A stretch of DNA of 64,000 nucleotides, taken from NCBI GenBank assembly GCA_001600815.1, contig BCKZ01000022.1, forward strand, positions 152,982-216,981, in the 5' to 3' direction. The notes under the pieces were generated by a model, which made no database searches, was not told the origin of the DNA, and was given only the letters and a program-made list of their open reading frames with translations. The position numbers and the translations under genes were made by a program. The DNA is from Alloascoidea hylecoeti. Taxonomy: Eukaryota. Position 1 is the first letter of the stretch; every line of letters begins with the position of its first letter. Below, one piece after another: positions 37,624 to 48,911 of this stretch.

Positions 37624-38550
37624 TGTATGATTTTCTTTTAAGCTTCCAACTGTAAATAAACTAATTGGAGTATTAATTGATTTCAAAAGATAGGCAGAAC
37701 GGTCTTTATATAGCTTCAACATCTGTAACATGATAAAAATTCGATTAATAATAATTAAATGGCTCGTAAGGCTAAACGCTATTCTGATCTCTTTTATATT
37801 CTCTATGACTTCCAAATTCCGGACTTAACGTTAATTGGCGCGTCAGATATCGGCGTTTAAAATATTATCGGATGTAACCGACAGGTTGCAGCTGTAGCCG
37901 AATGGGTTTGGTGTGCTGCGCTCTAAAATGATTCACGCTTCTACAGTATGATACTATTCAGAATTTTACTATGAATCTTTATAACTATGGGAAATATTTT
38001 AATCGTGTTATGGCCTCTCCGTCTCTCACATACATCTACGAAACCGTTAAGGTCTTTTCAGATTCACCCAAAGAATAGGCCCCCATAATTGATGCTAGGA
38101 ATCCAAATGGAAGGCCTACAACGAATCAAATTTTTATAACTTTACAATCATCAAATCTATATATTTGAGTTTAATAAACCTTCTAAAGATACTTCTTGTA
38201 CTAATATTTATTTTTTATATTCTACCAACAACGTGTAACAGTATTCAGCCAATCCTAATCTAATGCTGACGGGTCAAATTGTTTCCATATAACTTATAAG
38301 GTCTTATATTGTTGTAGATATATCGTATGGTAATCAACATATTCAATAAATCCTGCCAACACAAATCTAATTTTAGTGCATTTTCGTTTACTAATCTACG
38401 AAATATGTTTAGTCGCAGATGACGATTTAATTTCCTGTTTTTGTACCAAAGTATATCAGATGCATGGATGTTATATGGTCACGTGTTGAACAAAACTTTT
38501 TTTGATTAATTGCCAAATTCATAGATATCGATAGAAAGCAAATATATAAA

Positions 38551-39600
38551 ATGTTTTCCAAAAGTGTTCTCACCAAGACTTCTGTCAATTCTGTTCAATT
38601 TCTGAGGAATGGCAATACAACTCGTTCTATTTTACGTGGAGGAGTTATAAATTTAAATAAATTTTCAACGAGAGAGATTAGTTCTAAATCTCAAAGTAAT
38701 CAGGAGTCAACAACAATTAAAAAAGATGTAAATACTAAGAATGTTATTGATAATTCTCAATTATTTGAAGAGTATAAGACAAGAAAAGCTCAACATTTAT
38801 CTGATAAGGCAGCTGACAGTCGATTACGGTTGTCGGATTCAAAGTATGATAATCCAAATTATGTTGTTTCTAGTTGGAAAGAAAAATTTGGTTCTTTCAT
38901 GTCTCAATTGTTTAAAGTTGATATGGATAAATCTAGATCTGCTGGCGTTAGCGGTGGTATTTACTATAGTTTATGTCGTGAACAAGGCTTACGATTCGAA
39001 GGAGAACCATTATCAGAAACCGCAAGTTTTTATTATGAAGAACTTGGATTACCTCCAACCTTCTCTGAATGGTTTCAAATTACAATTTTACATGAATGGA
39101 TGTTATTTGTAAGAATGAGAGCATTACCTGAAAAAATTGGAATTTATTTTAAATCAAGACTTGTTGATAGACATTTTATGGATATGGAAGCTAGATTAAA
39201 CAATGAAATGGGGATCAAATCAGGAACAATTGTAAACAAATATTTAAAAGATTTCGATACACAATTAAGAGGTGCAATATTATCATATGATGAAGGTTTT
39301 TATAAAAATGATGCTGTATTAGCAGCTGCTATATGGAGAAATTTATTTCAAGGTGATCCAAATGTTAATTTTGAACATTTAGAATTAATGGTTAGATATG
39401 TTAGACAACAATTATATCTTTTATCAAAATTATCTGATAGAGAATTTGCATTTGGTAAATTTCAATTTATTGAACCATGGTTTGCTATTGAACCTTTAAC
39501 TCAACAAGAAGAAATTATCTTAAAGGAAAAAGTTAAAAAAGAATTTGATTCTTTAGAAAATACTGCTTATAACAAAAGTAAATTATCCCTTGATAATTAA
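38551..39600 (+). CDS. CBP3: Cytochrome b translation/assembly chaperone Cbp3
   Basis: LPPTFSEWFQITILHEWMLFVRMRA, LRGAILSYDEG, DAVLAAAIWRNLF; mitochondrial presequence. Confidence 0.93.
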   Translation: MFSKSVLTKTSVNSVQFLRNGNTTRSILRGGVINLNKFSTREISSKSQSNQESTTIKKDVNTKNVIDNSQLFEEYKTRKAQHLSDKAADSRLRLSDSKYDNPNYVVSSWKEKFGSFMSQLFKVDMDKSRSAGVSGGIYYSLCREQGLRFEGEPLSETASFYYEELGLPPTFSEWFQITILHEWMLFVRMRALPEKIGIYFKSRLVDRHFMDMEARLNNEMGIKSGTIVNKYLKDFDTQLRGAILSYDEGFYKNDAVLAAAIWRNLFQGDPNVNFEHLELMVRYVRQQLYLLSKLSDREFAFGKFQFIEPWFAIEPLTQQEEIILKEKVKKEFDSLENTAYNKSKLSLDN

Positions 39601-40369
39601 TTTTATTAAAAAAATAGGAAAAAAGTCCTCGATTGCATTCTATTTAATTATAATATTTCAATCTGTTTATAGAAATAGTCACTTATACACTATTTATTAC
39701 TTATAATTAATAATGAAGGTTCCATTTTATAAATATATATTTGGCCGTGGTCTATTATATATAACTATACATTACATAAAACCTATTCTTTGATATCTGA
39801 TTTGATATATTCTTCTTAAATTTCACAAAAAATTGTATATAATTAAGTAATGTAACTGTAAGATTAATATGACCTGATAGTAATTTAATTTTGCAGTATA
39901 AGAAGAGTTGTTAAAAGACTTTTCAGCTGCTTTCATCACAATCATCAATTTTATTTTAAAAACTAAATATTTTAAATATGTATTTTACTTAATATTGTAA
40001 ATTCTCCTTTTAACTTTGAAGATGTTTAGAGGTTTCTTTCTCCCAGATTTAATTTTTTTATGTGAATTTCACAGTCATCCAACTTTTCCCTAGCCACAGG
40101 AAAAGGGATTAGACGCTTATGGGTCCCGTATATATCTCTTCAATATAACACCTGCCGCTTTTATCCATCCTGTCACTTCAGGTAGTGAATCAGGATTTTG
40201 AATGACACCCAACAACAGTTTAATAACTCTTTGTATATGCGCATCGTATATATCATAAGATGGTGAGGCTCTATATAATTCCTGTTCTAGAGATTCTGAT
40301 TCATGTTGAATTTGTTCTGGAGTAACCGAAACGTCCTGAATAACCACGGATGAATTGAAAGGGTATGTA

Positions 40370-41746
40370 CCAGTGGCAGCGAAACCATTAATAATGTTTT
40401 TTTTGATTTCAAACCTATTTTCCTAGTCTGTATTAATCCCTTCATAAAGTCGGTCGTTGTTTCGCGATAATTACCAGGGCAAAGATACGTTAGATTTTGC
40501 ACAACAACAACCATTGAGATCACATTCTCTCGAATATAGAATTATCCCTGATTTACTACTACTGTAATAGCATACAATAATTTACTTTGTATTGAACTGA
40601 AAAGACCCGCCATTCAAATTCTAAGCAAAGATGATTTACCTTTCGAAAAATATTTCAATGATATTTTTACTCAATCGGTTCATCAGTGTTTATTGAGTAG
40701 TACACCATTGGGATGGGTTTCCGATTACTATTCTACTATATTATATCAAATTGATATATTGAAAATGAAATAAAATATGATGATCATGAAACTTTGTTTT
40801 GGTAATACCACCTGTTACAAGAAAATTCCTATAAAATATGTAATTATCGAAGAGAAACAATTACTTTCGTACTCAATCATTTTCATTAGAAAAATAATCA
40901 GATTTTTTGAAACACATACTATTGGGATTAGAAAACATACACAAGAAAAGGTTGAAAATTCAATGAAATTGATACCAAGGAAGCAAAACTAGAAACTAAA
41001 CAATACCGATCAGATCCATCATCTTCTAGAGAAACACGGACGGAAAAACAATAAGTTTTATACGAAGAGATTTATGTTTAAATAAAGATGCTTTGACGCC
41101 GTTAGAATTGGAAAAATTAATGGTGCAATATTCGCGCCACAGAGAGTATCACTCTCAAGTTCTTAAGGTTTCTAAAAACACCTTACAACGTATAAGTGAT
41201 GATAATGGTGTATCTTCCCTTCCATTGGAAGAAAAGACCCAATACATATTAAAAATTTATGATCCCTATTGCGCGAATCAAGGAACTGATGATATTGAAA
41301 ATATGCCAAAGAAATGTATGGAACATTTTGCTACAGAATATGACACCTATTGCTTGATACAGAAATGTAAAAATCCGATTAATTTTGTTCCAGACTTAAT
41401 CTGTTTTGGATCTATTATAATTAAATCTGATTCTGATAAGCATCATGAAGATTGAGGCATTTATATATTAATGAAGAATATAACGGGAAAGAAACCAGAT
41501 TTTACAAATGACGATAATTGCGAAAAGGCAGTATCAAATTTAAGAATATTACATTCTCAAAATATTATCCATGGAGATATCAGAAAAAAAAATTTAATCG
41601 AAAGTTCAGATGGAACTATTTACTTTATCGATTTTGGATTCTCCAGCAATAAACCAAAAATTAAAGGAGAATCAAATGAAGAAATAGACGAACAATTAAC
41701 AATTGGAAAAGCAAGAGATTTTCAAAAATTAAATGATTTATTTTGA
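40370..41746 (+). pseudogene. Decayed PD-(D/E)xK nuclease plus atypical kinase gene
   Basis: IIPDLL...LLCIELKRP...Q..HQ...GWVSDYYST (40541..40770, one frameshift); YILKIYDP...FVPDL...HGDIRKKNL...IDFGFS (41093..41746, one in-frame TGA at 41453). Confidence 0.7.
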
Positions 41747-42010
41747 GATGATTATTAAATAATTTATTGTTATTATATTTTTGTCTACTTGTGATAATTT
41801 TGCTATTTAATGAATTTGTGAAGTTTTTGATTATTGACATGTATTATTTATACTTATATAAAATAAATGAATAATGTAACGGTGTTGATTGTATTAATTA
41901 ACTATGATAGTATAAGATTCACCACCTCTATAGGACCTTATATTGTTTACTAGAGAACCCCAATAATTAAATTACATACAGGTAAACGTATACTTAATGT
42001 AAGACGAATA

Positions 42011-42847
42011 TCGGATACAATAAAAATTTGGAATATTGAAACTTGTCAATCAGTAAAAGTGTTAAGTAAACCATGTATGAAACATATCTTGGCTTCTAAA
42101 GAAGATTCTAGTATTGTTAATTTTTTGGATATTAATGACAAATATTTGGTTTCTGGTTCATTTGATGGTACATGTATATTATGGAAATTACCAGACTTTA
42201 AACCAATAGATCGTTTGCTAATACCAGGAAATATAGCTTCTGGTGTACATATTTATGATGTCACTATATACGATTAGTTTATTGCATGTTGTACTAGGAA
42301 TGGTGATATTACGGAAATTGTGGTTTGGAAATCAAGTTTTGATAATTTTGAACATCAACTACAATTTAATTTACAACACCGTTTAAAAGGAAAAAGAAGC
42401 GTTAATACTGTTTGCATTTATGATGGAATTATGTATAGTGAAGAAAATAATGCTGTAACAACCTGGAATATTGAAACTGGTCAAATAATCCAAGAATTTT
42501 AATATGATAAAGTCTTTTACATGACAGTAAAGGATCATTACTTATTTGTTGGTGAATACGACAAAATAACAGTCCGGGACTTATGATCAAATGAATTAAT
42601 AAAATCGGATCAAAGATCAAACAAATTATGTATAAATAATAATAGAATTGTTTTGGTCGATAATGCTCGTATCATTAGGATTTGGAATTTAATTGATCAA
42701 ACATTAAAAGAATAAACAGCTTTACATAATAATTCACCACTTTATATTGATTCGAAAAGAATAATTGTTTTTCACCAAAGAAGTTGATCTTCTCATTTAT
42801 GATTTACTGAAAATTTATGGAAAAAAAAATATTTAAAATATTTATAA
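42011..42847 (+). pseudogene. WD40-repeat protein remnant (F-box/WD40-like C-terminal propeller)
   Basis: DTIKIWNIET, YLVSGSFDGTCILWK, VTTWNIETG, IRIWNL; in-frame stops at 42275 and 42500 and later frameshifts; ends ...KYLKYL*. Confidence 0.75.
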
Positions 42848-44282
42848 TCTAATACTATATTTAAAATATATCTTAAAATGTCTTATCACACAGTATATTA
42901 CCATTGTGCATATGCATATACTATATTTGGTAACTACTCATAGTTAGATTGTAAACTGCATCTATCCATACAATTGGAGTTTAGTTATAATATTTCTTGG
43001 CTATATTTACTGCCTATATAAATACATTTAAATTCCCACTGTCAATTCATCATTCATTATGTATTGGGTGCTGAGGATTTTATCTTTGAGTAATCTCTTT
43101 TAATTTGAAACTTAAGCAGCCATATGATGATCTTTTAAAATATTAATACCTCTAATTTTAACAAATAAAGGATTATGATAGTGGTTTGAAATGGAAAGAA
43201 GTTAAGAAAGGAGTTTTGTTTATATTTGGGAATACGGTGTATTAGGGTACTAAGTTATAATTGTTACTGTTAACGGTGGAGATAGTAAATACCATACTTT
43301 ATATGATGGTGATACTTGAAAAGAATATCAATTAACAAAGATATCTGTGTTTGATATCCATTATTCTTTGTGAATCGTGTATGATAGTCAAAAAGCTTTA
43401 TTATTTAGAAAATTACCTGTCGAAGAAATTTTAAAGGCCATTAGTAATACAATTAGATATCACTAGTTTAACTGATAGAAAATGTAATATTGAATGTTAA
43501 AAATGAAGATGGTGATGATTTCAAATTATGATGACAACCAAGTCATCCACCAAGAGATGATAATTGTTTATTTGGATATTAAATTCAATATTATCGAAAA
43601 ATTCAATCAAATAATCATTGGAGACCTTATTCTTCAACAAAAGAACAAATTATTAGGGATTTTTAATGTGTTGTTGAAGATTTGGAATTATTTGGGATTG
43701 GGTCAGCCCCCAGAAATACATATGGTCTGGTGAAATTTTTCATAACGTTTTAGAATTCGTCGACACAAATGCATATTGATCATGATGAATTATCATTTTC
43801 AAATATCACAATATCATTCTATTGCAAGCACAATTTACAAAACCAACAATAAAGATATATTATTATAAATACTTTCACTAAAATCTAATTAACCTCATTA
43901 TTGTAATCTGTTTAATATTTTCTATTTGTGAAGGAATAATGTGGACATTTTCTTAAAGCGTTTATTATAGTGTAATGTGAGAATTGAGAAGATCTACTAC
44001 CTTAAATACGTTTCAATTTTAAAAACAACTACTAAATCACCACCAGGAATTAAAATGGCACACACGGACTTTAGAAAATGAGAATGATCATAAGAACAAG
44101 TTCACACTCTCAGTTTTTGAGTATAAGAGACAACGCATGAAGATACTGATGAGATATTATCTACGTAAGGTGACAACATATAGGCCTATAGCTATATGAT
44201 ACATTCGGTATACTAGTATTATATATAGCTGTATATCTAGTAAAAGCAAATAAATCTTACATTGGCTATTATCTACCATTAT

Positions 44283-45622
44283 TTAACGACCATTAGTTCT
44301 TCTTCCCCTTTTCACAACTTCTGGAAGTTTCAATGGCGCTTTTAAAACGGCAATTCTATATCGATTAACTTGGTTCTTATTTAACCCTAACGCTTCTGCT
44401 TCTGATAAGTTTGCATATCTGATAGTGCATCCCAAAGCTTTACATAAATCAATTAATTTCGAAGGTTTTAATCCAAGTTCAGAAGCCATTGGTGTAATTT
44501 CCAATTTATAATTTTCTAATTTAAGTAACAATGCTAATAAATAACAAAGGAGTTTATCTTCAGAATTAGGATCAATAGTAAATCCTCTTTCTTTTATTTT
44601 ACCATAAGCACCTGGTTTAAAAGATGCAAAACGATCAATTATACCATCAATTAGAATATCTGGAGGATTTCCCAATTTAACGAGCATAGCATGTTTATTA
44701 GTAATTCTATAATTTGCTCGAATTCCTAATAATAATGAAGCATAATAAATCATTTTTAATTTTTGTGTTTGTGATTTATCTTTAATTCCTGATAATTTAT
44801 TCTTAATATATCTTGATGATGAAAATGGTAATAATTTTAATTTATCTTCTAATAAAGGTTCATTTAAAATTGAATCAACACGAATAAAATTAAATTCAGC
44901 TTTTGGAATAATACTATTAATTGAATAAATATTTTCAACTTCAGTTGTTTCCAAATCATAGAAGGGAATTGGTCTATCAGATGATATATTTTCTTTAACT
45001 TCTTCTGATGATGGTAAATTTTCAGTACTTGCTTTAATTGCATCAATAATTGAATCTTCTATTGATTCTAATTTACTTGAATCAATCATATTACGATCTT
45101 GATTAGATATAGCTTTCTTTGCCTTTTTAGTACCAAAGGTTTCACCTAAATCTCTTCTTCTATCAGCAAATCGAACATCAGTTGAACGAATAGATGGTCC
45201 TTTGAATTTTCTTTTTGATTTTAATGAAACTGTTATTGGAACCATAGGTGCGTTGTATAAGTCGATACTTTTTGTTTCTGGATCAAAAACAGCTAAGCAG
45301 TATTTATTTTCATCTTTAATTGCTGCTGTTCCATTATATTCTAATCGATCATTTTCTCCATGTAAATAATATTCAGTTTTATTTTTTGATTGATATAATT
45401 TAAATTTTGAATCTGTTGGAATGTTTGAAACACCACCTAATGAGCCTAAAATATGTTTAATGATGTCAATATTAAAATTTCAATGTAAAAAAAGTTAGGA
45501 ATTTAAAAAAAGAACTTACCAATAACAGCAATCGGTTCCTCATGATATGATTTTACTTTAATATATGTTACATTTCCATCTTTTTTCGTTTTATTGGAAT
45601 CACTTTCTTTACTTTTAGACAT
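44283..45622 (-). CDS. RPA49: RNA polymerase I subunit A49; exons 45622..45520 and 45445..44283; intron 45519..45446
   Basis: LHGENDRLEY, RRRDLGETFGTKKAKKAI, DKLLCYLLAL, LKAPLKLPE; GTAAGT...TAG intron restores the frame. Confidence 0.92.
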
Positions 45623-45768
45623 TTTAATTGTGTGTGATGGTTGGTTATGAAAATCAAGAATTTCGATGATGATGATGAAGAAGAAAAAAAAAAAAAGAAG
45701 GTTGTTGAAAATTTATTTTTCACAAACCTCCAACTGTAATGCATCACCATTAAAAAAAAAAAAAAAGA

Positions 45769-46359
45769 ATGACAACCACAACTAGTACTTATCCTATAAC
45801 ATTCACATACTATGATGTATTAGATTTAAAAACACCCGATTTTACAGGAAAAGCGATAAAAAATGAACCAAGTCCACAAATTATAAAACAGGCGTATCGA
45901 GATTCGCTTTTAAAACATCATCCAGATAAACTTAATATTATAAATGGTTTATCAAAAGAGACATCACAAATAAGCAAATTAAGAAGTATAGATATGATCC
46001 AACAAGCATATAAAGTTTTATCATCGATTAAATTGAAAGAAGAATACCATGAATATTTACAGAAAAAACAAAGGGTTGAATTTAATATACAATCAACAGA
46101 TGGAATTGAACTTTTTAGTCTTGATAATTTTAATTATGAAGAGATAGAAATACAAGAAAGCAATGAAGTAGATATTCGATGGACAAAAGATTGTCCTCGT
46201 TGTAAAACGCATGAAAGTTTTATATTAACTGAAGATGATTTAGCTGATTCAGGGACTATTTGTGAAACTGAAGGGAATAAATATGAACTTGTGATTCAAT
46301 GCTCGGCTTGTAGTTTATGGATAAAAGTTTTCTACTATGATACTGGTGATGAAGAATAA
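45769..46359 (+). CDS. JJJ3: Diphthamide biosynthesis J-protein Jjj3/Dph4
   Basis: TYYDVL, HHPDK J-domain, CSL zinc finger CPRC...CSACSLWIKV. Confidence 0.9.
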   Translation: MTTTTSTYPITFTYYDVLDLKTPDFTGKAIKNEPSPQIIKQAYRDSLLKHHPDKLNIINGLSKETSQISKLRSIDMIQQAYKVLSSIKLKEEYHEYLQKKQRVEFNIQSTDGIELFSLDNFNYEEIEIQESNEVDIRWTKDCPRCKTHESFILTEDDLADSGTICETEGNKYELVIQCSACSLWIKVFYYDTGDEE

Positions 46360-46663
46360 AATTCAGAATTTCATCAAAAGTCTACACGATGATCAAAGTA
46401 TCACAAATTTACAATTAGAGCACTTTAAGAAAATACAATATAATCACACAGGAACTGAAAACTGTCTGGATCCATATCCATATATCATTATTCTTTATGA
46501 TTATTTAATTGATAAATCTTAGAAATTATATACAAAAATGGTATATATATGAATTAATAAAAATTCATTCAACTCTGATTAAAAAAATACCCAAACTTCA
46601 AAGTTACAATTAAATTCTTATTATAACTCAATAATAATAAGCTTACAATTTATTAATTAATGA

Positions 46664-47813
46664 ATGAATAATTACTTTATAATGGCCTATTGGATAGCAC
46701 TGATGGTTAAAGATAATCAAGTTGATCGTTCAGTACTTTCTAACTATGTTGACTCACCAGCTACAGAAGTTAAGGAGATGACTACAAGTGATGAAGCTAA
46801 ATTTCTTCCAGTATTAAGTGCATGTTGTGGAAATCAAAGTAAGCTTAGTCGCTTAATTAAAGGTGTTCCATTGTATTTTGATTTACTGGGTCAAGGCGAC
46901 ATGGATGTTAAAGACTTTCCAGTGGTTGGTGTTAAGTATAGCATCGCAACTACAATTGATGGATTCTCTAATGAAGTCAATACCGCTTACGTATGGAGTG
47001 GTAAGTGTTGCGAAGATGCGTATAATTGTGCTATCACTATGATGGCTCAGACATATCTTAATCGAATTGTGACTAGGAGCAGTAATGTTGCAATCCCATC
47101 AGATGGTGATGTTGTTAAGTTAGTAGCAGGAGGTAGTTGTCAGGGTATGAACAACCATTCAATGTGGGCAGCTATAATTCATTACTGTATAGATACTGGT
47201 CAGGCTGACCTAGAGGAAGCGATTACAATAGCACCTAGCTTACGACAAAATAAGTACCTTGAGGTTGTATACTTACCGCAATCTGTATTGCGTGGCGATT
47301 TGGTTATGCTAATGTTGAGAAGGCTAACCAAAGGTACACGGAGATTCTGTCCTAGTGCTACAATGGGGAAATTTATTGGTAGGGTTCATCAGATGGCTAT
47401 TCATGCGTATGAGTAAAAATATTATTTTATCGTATGAGAATTCGAAAACGAAGCATTGAAGGCATAAAGCTATTGAATTATTTAAAATAGGAGGCATTTC
47501 ATATCTTGGATTAACACGAAATTCAACTCTTAGGACCCTTGAAGGTACGAGAAGAATGAATTGGGCTGATGCTCTAACTAAAGATAATCTTGATCATCTG
47601 AATAAGTTTATATTTGAGTCTTGTTGGATAATTAATGCCCCACGGCGTGCGCTACATGGTGGGGTGGGTATATATTCAAGCAATAAATTTAGGGGTCCTG
47701 ATCCTCTCACTGAAACTGATACTGTTGCAATTCTTAGGAATGAGCTAATTAAAATTGGTGAAAGAGATGTAACTAAGCTTATACCTAAAAAATTAATTTT
47801 TATTAATTGGTGA
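46664..47813 (+). pseudogene. Putative endogenised dsRNA-mycovirus gene (chrysovirus/totivirus capsid- or P4-like), with one frameshift and one stop
   Basis: Intronless, less AT-rich than flanking genes, atypical codons; 250-aa ORF continues after a shift at about 47410 (MSKNIILSYENSKTKH*RHKAIEL...MNWADAL...); motif MWAAIIHYCIDTGQADLEEAITIAPSLRQNKYLEVVYLP recognised only by recollection. Confidence 0.5.
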
Positions 47814-47822
47814 AATATAAAT

Positions 47823-48021
47823 TGTTATCATTATACATGAAGTTAAACATAATTATTATACCTTTGTGGATTCCATTATATATGACGATGAATTCCCACA
47901 TTTTATAGAAGTATCGTAAAGATATTATATATTTATAATATATTATTTTTCAAGAGTTTTATAGTAATTAGTTGTTTATAATCCTAAGGACATCATCTAT
48001 TTTATTATGAGTGAATCAACA
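47823..48021 (+). mobile_element. Degenerate solo/partial LTR of the same family as 22628..22879
   Basis: Collinear shared blocks GGATTCCAT, GAATTCCCACATTTT, AAGTATCGTAAA, CAAGAGTTT, AGGACATCA, ATGAG.GAA, GAATCAACA; no PBS follows; left boundary approximate. Confidence 0.7.
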
Positions 48022-48027
48022 GTACTT

Positions 48028-48911
48028 CTTGTCGGACACTGTCGGACACCAACCGGTCTACATAAATCCCGCATATTTTGAAGATGCGTATTGTAAATAA
48101 TTCCCGGTTACGTTCACACGCAGGAAAAAAAGAAAAAGTATATAAACTTATGTATAAGACTTATAATTCCCCATTTATTATAGGGAATTCATTCAATTTT
48201 TAATAAAATTACATAAAAGAAGACACAATCTAATCGGTTTTTATTTGTTTCATTATTTAGGTAAATCATATAATCTAATTTAACAAACAAGTCTTGGTTG
48301 ATTGTTCAGCGTGTAATATTATGACCAGATCTTCCACTATTATTACATCGAACTCTGTTGTCGCTGGTTTATAAGGGAATGCTAAATACCTGCTATTTCT
48401 CTGTTTATTACTGGAACATGCTGTTTTATTGCAGATCTGTTAATATCGATTAACTACTTCTTTTTGATATATATATATAACTATTTATGGTGTAATAAGT
48501 TAGACGTTGATCAGTACTAGTATTAAAGATACATGTATTAACTATTATATAAGTTATAGTTCAATGATATATCATCAATCCCATTAGCGGATTATCATAA
48601 TAAATATTATACTTAAGATATGACAGTTCATTGTTTCATTGTTAGTCATAGAATAGTCGTTTCATAGATTAATTAGAGCTTATTTGCTAATGTATTGCTA
48701 AAGAAAGACTTACATGTGGGTATTTTACATCAGTTTTCTAATACCAAAAAGGGATATAGGAACAGTGAATAAGAATGCTTTAAAAAAAGGAAGAAAAGAA
48801 TTAATGACGAATAAAAAAGAATATTTAAGTCTTGTGTAGAAGAAGGTACCTAGTGACCGGTAAAACTCCGACCCAATGGTGTCCGACAGTGAGTGTTTTC
48901 TGCCCGACAAG
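48028..48911. mobile_element. Candidate non-autonomous TIR element (MITE-like)
   Basis: CTTGTCGG / CACTGTCGGACACCA / ACCGGTC at 48028..48058 mirrored in reverse order at 48855..48911 (15-bp perfect core); AT-rich non-coding interior. Confidence 0.45.

Noticed and set aside
40117..40347. Minus-strand 76-aa ORF with a faint KIX-like helix (ESLEQELYRASPSYDIY)
   Set aside because: Non-ATG start, short, and similarity too weak to support without a profile search.
38234..41980. Two short TGTAAC-initiated segments (38234, 41874) sharing CTTATATTGTT, possible gypsy solo-LTR relics
   Set aside because: Similarity too short in AT-rich DNA, and no clear termini or TSDs.
47430..47590. SKTKH...NWADALTK as a copia RNase H C-terminus
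   Set aside because: Spacing between motifs is about 12 residues too long, and no RT or RNase H motifs lie upstream; kept only as an alternative to the viral reading.
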